DNA of 64,000 nucleotides from positions 4,000,001 through 4,064,000 of the forward strand of contig CAVYRF010000002.1 of assembly GCA_963770895.1 (NCBI GenBank), written 5' to 3'. Within the stretch, counting starts at the first letter, position 1. The number at the start of each line of letters is the position of its first letter. The translations under genes and the position numbers were made by a program. Below are positions 1 to 9,734 of this stretch, piece after piece. The notes under the pieces were generated by a model that was not told the origin of the DNA, made no database searches, and saw only the letters and a list, made by a program, of their open reading frames with translations. This DNA is from an uncultured Acidobacteriota bacterium (lineage in GTDB: Bacteria > Acidobacteriota > Thermoanaerobaculia > Multivoradales > UBA5704).

Positions 1-827
1 CGCGTCTGGCGGCGTCGGGCGTCGCGGTGCAGATCGGCCGCGCGGCGCGCGCCGCCTGGGCGCCGTTGTATAGCGCCTACGTGTGGCTGGTCTACCTGGG
101 GGTGGTCCTGCCGCTGTGGGTGGCGGTGGCGACGGTGCCCGGCGTGCGCCGCCGCCGCTCGCTGGTGCGCGGCGCGGCGCGCCTGATGCTGCGCGCCGCC
201 GGTCTTCCCTTCGCGGTGAGCGGCCTGGATCACCTGGCCGCCGTCCGCGCCGCCCGCACCGTCCGCGCCGCCGCGCCGTCGCCAGCCGGCCGGCCGGTGG
301 GGTGCCTGCTGGCGGTGAACCATGCCAGCTACCTGGACGCCGCGACGCTGCCGGCGCTGCTGCCGCCCGACTTTGCCTGGGTGGCCAAGCGCGAGCTGGA
401 GGACCGCTGGGTGACGCGGGTGATGATGCGCCGCCTGGACGCCCTGCTGGTCGAGCGCTTCGAGCGCGCGCAGAGCGCGGCGGAGACACCGCGCGCGGCG
501 GCGGCCCTGGCCGGCGGCGAGTCGCTGATCATCTTTCCCGAGGGCACCTTCACCCGCGAACCGGGCTTGCGCCCGTTCCGGCTGGGCGCCTTCGTGGCGG
601 CGGCCCAGACCGGGGCGCCGATCGTGCCGGCGATCCTGCGCGGCACCCGCTCGGCGTTGCGCGACGGCGGGGTGATCTTTCGCCGCGGCCCGCTGGCGCT
701 CGACATCCTGGCGCCGATCTGGCCGGACGGCGACGACTGGGCGGCGGCCCTGCGGCTGCGCGACCGGGTGCGCGCCGCCATGCTGGCCGCGGGCTCGGAG
801 CCCGACCTGGCCCCGGCGCCGCGATGA
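1..827 (+). CDS. PlsC-type lysophospholipid acyltransferase domain, 5'-partial (probably the C-terminus of a longer protein)
   Basis: NHASYLD (HX4D) and FPEGT motifs; the frame is open back to the window edge. Confidence 0.85.
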   Translation, partial: RLAASGVAVQIGRAARAAWAPLYSAYVWLVYLGVVLPLWVAVATVPGVRRRRSLVRGAARLMLRAAGLPFAVSGLDHLAAVRAARTVRAAAPSPAGRPVGCLLAVNHASYLDAATLPALLPPDFAWVAKRELEDRWVTRVMMRRLDALLVERFERAQSAAETPRAAAALAGGESLIIFPEGTFTREPGLRPFRLGAFVAAAQTGAPIVPAILRGTRSALRDGGVIFRRGPLALDILAPIWPDGDDWAAALRLRDRVRAAMLAAGSEPDLAPAPR

Positions 828-1882
828 GCGCCGCCGGCCGGCCCCCGCGCGGCCGCTATGCGCCGTCGCCGACCGGGCCGATCCACGTCGGCAACGCCCG
901 TTCGGCGCTGGCGGCGTGGCTGTCCGTGCGGCGGCAGGGCGGCACTTTCGTGTGGCGCGAAGAAGACCTGGACCCGCCGCGCGTGGTGCCGGGCATGGCC
1001 GCGGCGCAGCGCGCCGACCTGGCGTGGCTGGGGCTGGATTGGGACGAAGGGCCCGACGCCGGCGGGCCGCACGCTCCCTACCGTCAGTCGCAGTGCGCGG
1101 CGCTCTACGAGGCGGCGCTGGCGCAGCTGGCGCGGGGCGGCCGCCTGTTTCCCTGCCGCCGGTCGCGGCGCGATCTGGCGGCGATCGGCTCGGCGCCGCA
1201 CGGTGCGGAGGCCGCGGCGCCGTATCCCGCCGCCTGGCGGCCGCGCGACCTGGACCCCGACTGGTACGAGCCTTTCCGGGCCGCGCCCCCGCTCCCGTCG
1301 TCGTTGCCGCCGCCGGCCGCCGGCGGGCAGGGCCGGCCGGCATCGCCGTCGCCGCCGGATGCGGCGCTGCGCTTTCAGGTCGCGGCAGGCGAGGTGGCCT
1401 TTGACGACCGCGTGCAGGGCGAGTGCCGGGAGCGCGTCGACCTGGCGGTCGGCGACTTCGTGCTCAAGCGGCGTGATGGCCTGTATGCCTACCAGCTGGC
1501 GGTGGTGGTGGACGACCTGCGCATGGGGATCACCGAGGTGACGCGCGGCGCCGACCTGCTGGCGTCGACGGCGCGCCAGCTGCAGCTGATCGCGGCGCTG
1601 GACGGTGCGCCGCCGCGGTACGCGCACGTGCCGCTGATGGTCGGCCCACGGGGCGAGAAGCTGTCCAAGCGCGATGCCGCGCTGACCCTGGCCGACCTGC
1701 GCGCCGGCGGCGTGGCGCCGGAGCAGCTGACCGGGTACCTGGCCTTCACCCTGGGGCTGCTGCCGGCGCCGCGGGCCTGCCGGCCGGTCGACCTGGTCGC
1801 CGGCTTCGACTGGCGGCGGGTGGGGCGCGGCGACTTTGCCGTCGCGGCCGATTTCGCGCGGCGGCTGCTGGCAGTGGACTGA
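824..1882 (+). CDS. gluQ: Glutamyl-Q tRNA(Asp) synthetase
   Basis: RYAPSPTGPIHVGN (HIGH-like), YQLAVVVDD and KLSKR (KMSKS-like); no anticodon-binding domain; ATGA overlap with the upstream stop. Confidence 0.9.
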   Translation: MSAAGRPPRGRYAPSPTGPIHVGNARSALAAWLSVRRQGGTFVWREEDLDPPRVVPGMAAAQRADLAWLGLDWDEGPDAGGPHAPYRQSQCAALYEAALAQLARGGRLFPCRRSRRDLAAIGSAPHGAEAAAPYPAAWRPRDLDPDWYEPFRAAPPLPSSLPPPAAGGQGRPASPSPPDAALRFQVAAGEVAFDDRVQGECRERVDLAVGDFVLKRRDGLYAYQLAVVVDDLRMGITEVTRGADLLASTARQLQLIAALDGAPPRYAHVPLMVGPRGEKLSKRDAALTLADLRAGGVAPEQLTGYLAFTLGLLPAPRACRPVDLVAGFDWRRVGRGDFAVAADFARRLLAVD

Positions 1883-1904
1883 GCGCTTCGCCGCCACCTA
1901 TAAT
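1875..1904 (+). promoter_or_regulatory. Putative sigma70 promoter of the glycan cluster
   Basis: Perfect TATAAT at 1899-1904 in GC-rich DNA; weak -35 TGGACT at 1875-1880; GTG start at 1916. Confidence 0.5.
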
Positions 1905-1915
1905 CCGCTGCCAGC

Positions 1916-4165
1916 GTGCCATCCCTCCTGACGTCGTTTCGCCACCCAGGCCGCCGAGGAGAGCAGACGCCCAACCCGCCTGCCGCGGGAGTGGAAGCCA
2001 GCCGAGACCGCCTGCTGGCGGCGGTCGGCGATCCACCCGACCTCACCTTCGTGCGCGGTGTCGGCAACCGGGGCGACGATCTGATCTGCGCCGGCACCCG
2101 GCAGGTGCTGGCCGGGCGGGCCTACCGCGAAATCGCCCTGGCGGAGCTGCCCGGCGCCAGCGGCCACACCGTCATCCTGGCCGGCAGCGGCGGCTGGTGC
2201 CGCCCCTACCACGAGCTGATGCCGCAGATGCTGCCGCTCGCCGAACAGCGCTTCGAGCGGGTGATCGTGTTCCCGTCGTCGTTCGACGTGGCCGTGGACG
2301 CCGTGCGCCTGGCCGTGGCGCGCACCCGCGCCACCCTCTTTGCCCGCGAAATGGTGTCGTACGCCGCGCTGCGCGGCGTGTGCGGCGGCAGCGTCGACGT
2401 CGCCGACGACTGCGCCTTTTTCTGCGATCTTGCGGCCTACGCCAGCGCCGGTGCGGGGCGCGGCGTGCTGCGCGCGTTTCGCGACGACGCCGAAGCGCTG
2501 GCGCCGCCGCCCGCCGGCAGCGTCGACATCTCGCTGCGCTGCGCGTCGCTGGACGAATGGCTGTGGACCATCGCCGCGCACGCGGTGGTGCAGACCGACC
2601 GCGCCCACGTGATGATCGCCGCGGCGCGGCTGGGCAAGCGGGTCGAGGTTCGCCCGTCGACCTATCACAAGCTGCCGGCGATCGCCGCCTACTCCCTGGG
2701 AGCCTACGACGTGCGCCCGCTGGCCGAGCTGCCGGCCGCCGCGCCGGTGCCGGCGCCGGCCCTGTCGCCGGGCGATGCCGCGGCTCCCGACGCCGGCGTG
2801 GCGACGGCGGGCACTGTCGCCACGGGCGATGCCGCGGCGGCCGTGCTGGACGCTGTGGACGCTGTGGACGCGGCGGCCGCGGGGGTGGCGCACGTTCGCT
2901 CCCGCCTGCAGGCGCGCGCCCTGGAGTCGCTGGCGCTGCTGGCGCCGCCTGCCGTGCCTGCAATGACGGATGCCGCCGCGCCGCCGCGGCTGACGATCCT
3001 GGTGCTGACCCGCGATCGCGCCGGCCACTGGCCGGTGCTGCTGCGCTCGATCCGCGACTCCGCCCGGCAGCCGTACCGCCTGCTGATCGTCGACAACGCC
3101 TCGCTGCCGGCGGCGCGGTCGGCCTTGCAAGGCCTTTGCGACCAGATGTTCCCGCCGGACCCGCGCGGCGGCGGCCCGGCGGTCGAGATCCGCTGGCTCG
3201 AACGCAACGTCGGTTGCGCCGTGGCGCGCCACCAGGCGATCCAGCAGGTCGCGACCGACTACGTGATGTTTCTGGACGACGACGCCGAGCTGTGCGCCGG
3301 CGCCGCCGACCACCTGGTCGCAGCGCTCGACGCAAATCCCGCGGCGGTCGCGGCGGGTGCCCACCTGGTGCTGCCGGACGGCAGCACGCAGATGTGCGGC
3401 GGCGACTACACCGAGCCGACCGGCGGGGTGCTCCATTTCGAGCCGCTCGGCTACGGCGTGGATTTTGCCGACCCGGCGTTCAGCCCGGCCGGCGCCGCCC
3501 GCGCCTGCCGCTGGCTGGCCGGGGCGGCGGTGGTGTTTCGCCGCTCGGCCCTGGAGCGCGACCCGATCGACCAGGCGATGGACGCCTACTACGAGGACAC
3601 CGAGTGGTGCTACCGGGTCGGGCGCACCCGGCCCGAGGCCGTGTTCCTGAGCGTGCCGGCGGCGCTGGTGCTGCACCACCAGGAGCCCAAGGGGCCGCAG
3701 GGATTGGGCGCCGACGAGCTGCGGCGGTGGTTGCCGTACCTGGTGGCGATCGGCCATTTCTACCGGGTGCACGGCGTGCTGCTCGACGGGATCTTCGTGT
3801 TCGCGCCGCCGCTCGCCGCCGGCGGCCGGCGCGACGTCGCCGCCGCCCGCCTGCTGCTCGAGCTGCTCGCCGCCCGCGGCCCCGACTGGGTGGCGCAGGA
3901 ATGGCTGAGCGGCGGCCTGGCGCCCCTCTTCCAGGCCGGGCCGCTGGCGCTCCTGCCCCTGGCCGAGCTGGCGGCGCTGCGCCGCGAGCTGGCGGCGGAG
4001 CGCGCCGCCGCGGCGGCGGAGCGCGACCGGTTGGTCGCCGGTCTGGACGACGCGCACCGGCAGCTGGTGACCATCCATAGCTCGCGATTGTGGAAGCTGG
4101 CCGATCTCTACTGGCACGTGCGCCGCGCCGCGGCGCGTCTTGCCGGCCGCGGGCGCGACACGTGA
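1916..4165 (+). CDS. Polysaccharide pyruvyltransferase-like domain fused to a GT2 glycosyltransferase, with C-terminal coiled coil
   Basis: GNRGD and TDRAHVMIAA motifs in the N-terminal part; IVDNAS, FLDDD and YYEDTEWCYR GT2 motifs; heptad-like tail ending SSRLWKL. Confidence 0.75.
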   Translation: MPSLLTSFRHPGRRGEQTPNPPAAGVEASRDRLLAAVGDPPDLTFVRGVGNRGDDLICAGTRQVLAGRAYREIALAELPGASGHTVILAGSGGWCRPYHELMPQMLPLAEQRFERVIVFPSSFDVAVDAVRLAVARTRATLFAREMVSYAALRGVCGGSVDVADDCAFFCDLAAYASAGAGRGVLRAFRDDAEALAPPPAGSVDISLRCASLDEWLWTIAAHAVVQTDRAHVMIAAARLGKRVEVRPSTYHKLPAIAAYSLGAYDVRPLAELPAAAPVPAPALSPGDAAAPDAGVATAGTVATGDAAAAVLDAVDAVDAAAAGVAHVRSRLQARALESLALLAPPAVPAMTDAAAPPRLTILVLTRDRAGHWPVLLRSIRDSARQPYRLLIVDNASLPAARSALQGLCDQMFPPDPRGGGPAVEIRWLERNVGCAVARHQAIQQVATDYVMFLDDDAELCAGAADHLVAALDANPAAVAAGAHLVLPDGSTQMCGGDYTEPTGGVLHFEPLGYGVDFADPAFSPAGAARACRWLAGAAVVFRRSALERDPIDQAMDAYYEDTEWCYRVGRTRPEAVFLSVPAALVLHHQEPKGPQGLGADELRRWLPYLVAIGHFYRVHGVLLDGIFVFAPPLAAGGRRDVAAARLLLELLAARGPDWVAQEWLSGGLAPLFQAGPLALLPLAELAALRRELAAERAAAAAERDRLVAGLDDAHRQLVTIHSSRLWKLADLYWHVRRAAARLAGRGRDT

Positions 4166-4181
4166 GCGGAGCCGCGGCGAG

Positions 4182-5405
4182 ATGATCCAGGCGATCGACC
4201 TCACCGAGGAGGAGCTGGCGCCGTGGCGCCACCTCATCCCCGGACCCGACCCCGAGCTGCTGCCGCCGCCGCCCGGCCAGGGCAGCCCCGGCCGCATTCT
4301 GCCGGTTGCCGAAACGCGGCTCGACGGCAACGAGCTTCGCTACGTCACCGAATGCATCCAGTCCGGCTGGATCTCCTCGGCCGGCCGCTTTGTCGGCGAC
4401 TTCGAGCAGCGCTTTGCCGAGGCCATGGGCTGCCGCTACGGCGTCGCCTGTTCCAACGGCACCACGGCGCTGCACCTGGCGCTGGCGACGCTGGGGGTGG
4501 GCGCCGGCGACCAGGTGATCGTGCCCGCCTTCACCATGATCGCCACCGCCAACGCGGTCAGCTACACCGGCGCGGCGCCGGTGCTGGTGGACGCCGAGCC
4601 CACGACCGGCAACCTGGACGTGGCGCAGGTCGAGGCGTTGATCACGCCGCGCACGCGCGCCATCGTGGTGGTGCACACCTACGGCCATCCGGTCGACATG
4701 GACCCGCTGCTGGCGGTGGCGCGCCGGCACGGCCTGCCGGTGATCGAGGACGCGGCCGAGGCGCACGGTGCCGTCTACCGCGGCCGCCCGGTCGGCGCTC
4801 TCGGCACCGCCGCCACCTTTTCGTTCTACGGCAACAAGATCATCACCACCGGCGAAGGCGGCATGGTCACCACCAACGACGCCGAGCTGGCGCGCGTGGC
4901 GCGGTGCCTGCGCGATCACGCGTTTTCCGCCGAGCGGCACTTCTGGCACCAGTACCTGGGCTTCAACTACCGCATGACCAGCCTGCAGGCGGCGGTCGGC
5001 CTGGCGCAGACCGAACGCTTGCCACAGCTGGTCGCGGCGCGGCGGCGCAACGCCGAGCGCTATCGCGAGCTGCTGGGTCCGGTGCGCGGGCTCTGCCTGC
5101 CGGACGAGCGTGCCGACGTCACCAATGTTTTCTGGATGTATGGCGTGCGGGTCGGGGACGCCTTCGGCTGCTCGCGCGACGAGCTGCGCCGCCGGCTGGC
5201 CTGCAAGGGGATCGAGACGCGCACCTTCTTTGTCCCGATCCACCTGCAGCCGATCTATTTCCGCCGTTTCCAGGGCCAGGGCTCGTACCCGGTGGCCGAG
5301 GAGCTGTGCCGCACCGGCCTCTATCTGCCGTCGGGCCCGACCCTGACGGACGGCGAGATCCGCTACGTCGCCGAACAGGTCGCCGCTGCCGCCGGCGGCG
5401 ATTGA
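4182..5405 (+). CDS. DegT/DnrJ/EryC1/StrS PLP aminotransferase (perosamine synthase-like)
   Basis: SNGTTALHLAL, IEDAAEAHG, FSFYGNKIITTGEGGM, GFNYRM. Confidence 0.92.
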   Translation: MIQAIDLTEEELAPWRHLIPGPDPELLPPPPGQGSPGRILPVAETRLDGNELRYVTECIQSGWISSAGRFVGDFEQRFAEAMGCRYGVACSNGTTALHLALATLGVGAGDQVIVPAFTMIATANAVSYTGAAPVLVDAEPTTGNLDVAQVEALITPRTRAIVVVHTYGHPVDMDPLLAVARRHGLPVIEDAAEAHGAVYRGRPVGALGTAATFSFYGNKIITTGEGGMVTTNDAELARVARCLRDHAFSAERHFWHQYLGFNYRMTSLQAAVGLAQTERLPQLVAARRRNAERYRELLGPVRGLCLPDERADVTNVFWMYGVRVGDAFGCSRDELRRRLACKGIETRTFFVPIHLQPIYFRRFQGQGSYPVAEELCRTGLYLPSGPTLTDGEIRYVAEQVAAAAGGD

Positions 5406-5415
5406 GGCAGGCGCG

Positions 5416-6720
5416 GTGCTCGTGGAGCAGGACCTGGCGGCGGGCGGTGGCGGCGGGCGGCTCGCGGCAGCCGGCGGGCAGGGCCGCGCCGTGCTGTTCG
5501 TCGCCGGCCGCGACCCGCGCGACGAGGTGAGCGGCGGCCACTCCGCGTACGTGCGCGCCTATGCCCGCGCCGCGCGGCTCGCCGGCTACGAGCCGCACCT
5601 CTTCTGCGCCGCGCGCGACAGCCGGGTCGAGCCGGCGGCGTTCGGCACGGTCCACCGGGTGGCGTCGCCGGTGCGTCCGTTTCGCCAGGTTGTGGCCGGT
5701 CTTCACGCCCCCTGGCTGTGCCGCGCCATGACCCGCTTCGCTGCCGGCTGCCCCGGTCCGGTGCTGCTCCACGGCTTCGGCGTCTGGAGCCACGTCGCCG
5801 TTTTGGCGGTGCAGCGCCTGGCGGCGATGGGGATCGGCGCCGTGGCGGTGGCCAGCTCCTATACGACCTACGAAGAGGAGGCGCGCGCCGGAGTGCGGAC
5901 GGCGCGTTCCTACGGGCTGCGGCGGCGCCTGGGGGCGCGCGCCGAGCACCTGTGGATTCGCCTGGTGGCCGAGCGCTGGGAGCGGCGCGGCTACCTGCAA
6001 GCGCGCCGGCTGGTGCTCAATTACGAGTCGGTGCGGCGGATGGTCCAGGCCAAGTACGGCACGGCGGTGCGCTGCGAGCTGCTGCCCTACACGTGCGAGA
6101 GCGCTTTTGGCGAGGCGCCGCCGGCGGCGAGCGTCGGGGAACCGCCCGCGATCGCCGCGCTGGCGCCGGGCGACGCGCCGCTCATCGTCGCCGTGTCGCG
6201 CCACCTGCCGCGCAAGGGGCTGGACGTGCTGCTCCAGGCGCTGGCGCGGCTGCGCGCCGGCGGCGTGCGGTTGCGGGCCTGCCTGGTGGGCGGCGGGCCG
6301 CTGGTCGACCATCACCGCCGCCTGGCCGCCAGCCTGGGTCTGGAGGGGTCGGTCGTCTGCACCGGCGTTGTCGCCGCGGTCGAACCCTACCTGGCGAGCG
6401 CCGCGATCTTCGTGCTGCCCTCCCGCGAGGAGCAGAGCGGCTCGCTGGCGCTGATCGAAGCGTTGCGCGGCGGCCTGGCGGTGGTGGCGTCAGGGGTCGA
6501 CGGCATCCTGGAAGACCTCACCGACGGCGACGACGCCCTGCTGGTGCCGCCGGGCGATCCGGCGGCGCTGGCCGCCGCTCTGGGCCGCCTGCTGGACGAT
6601 CGGCAGCTGCGCTGCAGCCTGGCCCGGCGCGGGCGCGAGACGTTCGCGGCGCGCTTTGCGGCGCCGGTCGTGGCCGGGGCGCTGCGCCGCCTCTACGAAG
6701 ACCTGGGGGTGGCGCCGTGA
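5416..6720 (+). CDS. GT4 glycosyltransferase
   Basis: RKGLDVLL, FVLPSREEQSGSLALIEA (EX7E), LVPPGDP. Confidence 0.85.
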   Translation: MLVEQDLAAGGGGGRLAAAGGQGRAVLFVAGRDPRDEVSGGHSAYVRAYARAARLAGYEPHLFCAARDSRVEPAAFGTVHRVASPVRPFRQVVAGLHAPWLCRAMTRFAAGCPGPVLLHGFGVWSHVAVLAVQRLAAMGIGAVAVASSYTTYEEEARAGVRTARSYGLRRRLGARAEHLWIRLVAERWERRGYLQARRLVLNYESVRRMVQAKYGTAVRCELLPYTCESAFGEAPPAASVGEPPAIAALAPGDAPLIVAVSRHLPRKGLDVLLQALARLRAGGVRLRACLVGGGPLVDHHRRLAASLGLEGSVVCTGVVAAVEPYLASAAIFVLPSREEQSGSLALIEALRGGLAVVASGVDGILEDLTDGDDALLVPPGDPAALAAALGRLLDDRQLRCSLARRGRETFAARFAAPVVAGALRRLYEDLGVAP

Positions 6721-8087
6721 CGCCCACGGGGCGGCGCGCCGCGGCCCTGGCCGTCGCCGCCTTGGTGATCTACAACGCCAACCTGCGGCGCATCGGCGAG
6801 GGCGACAGCCGGCCGGCGAGCCTGCTGCCGTTCGCCCTGTGGCACAGCGGCAGCCTGACCCTGGACGCGGTGGCGGCGCCGGCCTCCGCCGTCGAGCCCA
6901 ACCCGCACTACCGGGTGGCCTATTGGCAGTGGCGCTCGCCCGCGGGGCACCTGCTGTCGATGTACCCGATCGTCACGCCGGCGCTGGTGGCGCCGCTCTA
7001 CGCACCGGCTGCCGCGGTGCTGTGGCTGCGGGACTGGGACGACCGGCGGGTGGCGGCGATGGCGCCGGTGATGGAGAAGCTGGCCGCCTCGCTGGTCGCC
7101 GCGCTTTCGGTCGGCCTGTTCTATCGCCTGCTGGCGGGGCGGCTGGCGGCGCGCGACGCGACGTTGCTCACCGTCGCCTACGCCCTGGGCACCGGCACCT
7201 GGCCGATCAGCAGCCAGGCGCTGTGGCAGCACGGCGCCGGCGAGCTGCTGGCAGTGATCGCTCTGCTCGGTATCGAAAAGGTCGCCGCCGGCGCGGAGGG
7301 CCGCCGGCGGGAGGGCAGTGGGGCGCCGGTGGCGGGGGCGGTGGCGGAGATGGGGAAGGATGCGGGCACCCGCGGCGCGCTGGTCGCCGGCCTGGCGTGC
7401 GGGCTGATGGTCGCCAACCGGCCGCCGGATGGATTTCTGGCGCTGGCGCTGCTGGGCGGGCTGGCGGCGGTGGCATCGCGGCGGGCGGCGCTGGCGGCGG
7501 TGGCGATGCTGGCGGCGGTGGCGCCGGTGGCCTGGTACAACCTGCACTTTTTCGGGCGGCTGGCCGGCGGTTACGCCATCATGGGGCTGGCCGGTCCGCA
7601 TTCGTTCTATCGCCACCCGCTTGGCGCCGGAGTCCTGGGACTGCTGGTCAGCCCGGCCAAGGGGCTGCTGCTGTTTTCGCCGTTCCTGGCCTTTGTGCCC
7701 CTGGCGGCGTGGAGCGCGCCCCGGCGGTGGCTCGCCGCCTGGGTGGCGGCCGGAGTGGGCGGCCAGGTGCTGTTCTATGCCGTGACCGACTGGCGCGGCG
7801 GCGCCTGCTACGGGCCGCGGTTTCTGACCGACGCGATGCCGCTGGCGGTCTGGCTGCTGGCGCCGGCGCTGCCGCTGATGTCGGCGCGGGCGCGCGCCCT
7901 GCTGGTGGCCGCGGTGGCGGCGAGCGTCGTGGTGCAGGCGGTGGGCGCCTTCTGCTATCCGAGCGGCCGCAGCGACGACCGCTACTTCCCGGCCTCGTTG
8001 CCGCATGGAATCATCCCGGCTGCCGTCTGGTCGCCCGCCAACTATGCTCCGTGGGTCGAAGCCCGCGGCGGTCTGTGGCGCCCCTGA
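6717..8087 (+). CDS. Multi-pass membrane protein, putative GT-C glycosyltransferase
   Basis: Many hydrophobic helices; SQALWQH and YGPRFL motifs; GTGA overlap with the GT4 gene. Confidence 0.6.
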   Translation: MTPTGRRAAALAVAALVIYNANLRRIGEGDSRPASLLPFALWHSGSLTLDAVAAPASAVEPNPHYRVAYWQWRSPAGHLLSMYPIVTPALVAPLYAPAAAVLWLRDWDDRRVAAMAPVMEKLAASLVAALSVGLFYRLLAGRLAARDATLLTVAYALGTGTWPISSQALWQHGAGELLAVIALLGIEKVAAGAEGRRREGSGAPVAGAVAEMGKDAGTRGALVAGLACGLMVANRPPDGFLALALLGGLAAVASRRAALAAVAMLAAVAPVAWYNLHFFGRLAGGYAIMGLAGPHSFYRHPLGAGVLGLLVSPAKGLLLFSPFLAFVPLAAWSAPRRWLAAWVAAGVGGQVLFYAVTDWRGGACYGPRFLTDAMPLAVWLLAPALPLMSARARALLVAAVAASVVVQAVGAFCYPSGRSDDRYFPASLPHGIIPAAVWSPANYAPWVEARGGLWRP

Positions 8088-8144
8088 TCGCGGGCCGCGG
8101 GAACCAGCGCCGGCCGCAACCGCAACCGAGAGAAGCAGAGCACC

Positions 8145-9734
8145 GTGGAACGACCCCCGAGCCCCCATCCCGATGACACCGCCACGCGCCGGTCCGCGGC
8201 GGCAGCCAGCCGCGCGGCAAGGGCGCTCGATTGGGCCGCGTGGGTGCTGCCCGCCTGCCTGGCGGCGGCGATCGCCTGCGGCTTTTGGGGATTTTCGTAC
8301 GACGACAACTTCATCACCTACCGCTACGCCCGCAACGTCGCCGAGCATGGGGAGCTGGCCTACAACCTCGGTCAAAGGGTGCTGGGCACCAGCGCGCCCG
8401 GCTACGCCCTGCTGCTGGGCGGTCTGACCCGCCTGAGCGGCGACCAGGCCTGGGCAGGCCCTCCCGCCTGGGGGACGCTCGGCGCCGTCGCAGCGCTCTG
8501 CATCGCAACCTTGGTGCTGTGGCAGCTGTTGCGTGCGGCGCCGCGCGGCCAGCGGTGCGGCGCGACGTTGCTGTTCGCGCTCTTTGCCGGCACGCTGCAG
8601 TGGAACGTTGAGATGCTGGGCGGCGAGGCCCTGCCGGTGTTGGCGCTGGTGATGGCCGGCGCGTACCTGGCGCTGCACGATCGGCCGGCGCTGGGCGGCG
8701 TCCTGCTGTCCCTGGCCGCGATTCTGCGCCTGGACGCGGCGCTGGCCGCCTGCTGCGTCGGCGCGGTCCTGCTGGGGCGCGACCGCCGCCTGCCGGTCAA
8801 GTTCGCAGCCGCCGCCATGGTTCCCGCCGCCGGCTTCCTGGCGTGGCTGTTTGCCGCCTTCGGCACGGTGATCCCCCACACCATGGCGGTCAAGCGATCC
8901 GAGCTGCTCGCCGGCGCCCGGTATACCCTGGGCGAATGGCAATGGCTGCGCCGCTGCCTGCCGGACGGGGGTGCCGCCTGGTTGCTGTTGCTGGCGCTGG
9001 CTGCGCTGGCGGTCGTCCTGGCCGGGGCATGGGCAGGGGGCGCGGGTGCCGCGAAGGCGGGTGGGTGGACCCCGGTGGCGGCCTCCGATCGTCTGACGGC
9101 GCAGGTGCTGGGCGTCTGGGTGGCGCTGCATGAGGTGGCGTATCACCTGCTGGGAGTCCCCTTCGCGCCCTGGTACCAGGTCTACCTGGTCAATGCGCTG
9201 CTGGCGCTGGCGGCGGTGGGGATCGCGCGGGTCGCGGCGCGAATCGGCGCCGTCCTGCCGCTGCCCGCGCCGGCACGCATCGCCGTTGCGGTGGCGGCGG
9301 CCCTGCTGATCGCCGCGCCGCTGGCCCCCGGCCGCTACGTCGCCGCGCACTGCGGCACGCCGCCCGACCCGCGCTATGCCGGCTATACGGCCGCCGGCGA
9401 CTACCTGCGCACCCACGCCGCGGGAACGCCCAGTGCCGCCGCAGTCGAGATCGGCTTTTTTGGCTACGCTTCGCGCGCCCGCATCCTGGACCTGGTCGGC
9501 CTGGTCAGCCCCCAGTCGCTGGCCGCGCGCGCCGCGGGACGCCTGCCGCGCCTGGTCGAGCAGGAGCGGCCGGACTACCTGCTGGACGCCACCCTGTTCC
9601 ACCAGCAGTACCTGGATCCCGGCGCCGATCCCGTTCTGGCCGCGGAGTACGGCGAAGTCGCCAGGTTCCCGGACGGGCGCGGCGCCGGGCTGGCCATCCG
9701 CCTGCTACGGCTCCGGCCGGACCGCGGCCCATGA
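8145..9734 (+). CDS. Multi-pass membrane protein, putative GT-C glycosyltransferase
   Basis: DDNFITYRYARN first-loop motif, multiple TM helices, C-terminal IG..GY...ILDLVGL domain. Confidence 0.65.
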   Translation: MERPPSPHPDDTATRRSAAAASRAARALDWAAWVLPACLAAAIACGFWGFSYDDNFITYRYARNVAEHGELAYNLGQRVLGTSAPGYALLLGGLTRLSGDQAWAGPPAWGTLGAVAALCIATLVLWQLLRAAPRGQRCGATLLFALFAGTLQWNVEMLGGEALPVLALVMAGAYLALHDRPALGGVLLSLAAILRLDAALAACCVGAVLLGRDRRLPVKFAAAAMVPAAGFLAWLFAAFGTVIPHTMAVKRSELLAGARYTLGEWQWLRRCLPDGGAAWLLLLALAALAVVLAGAWAGGAGAAKAGGWTPVAASDRLTAQVLGVWVALHEVAYHLLGVPFAPWYQVYLVNALLALAAVGIARVAARIGAVLPLPAPARIAVAVAAALLIAAPLAPGRYVAAHCGTPPDPRYAGYTAAGDYLRTHAAGTPSAAAVEIGFFGYASRARILDLVGLVSPQSLAARAAGRLPRLVEQERPDYLLDATLFHQQYLDPGADPVLAAEYGEVARFPDGRGAGLAIRLLRLRPDRGP

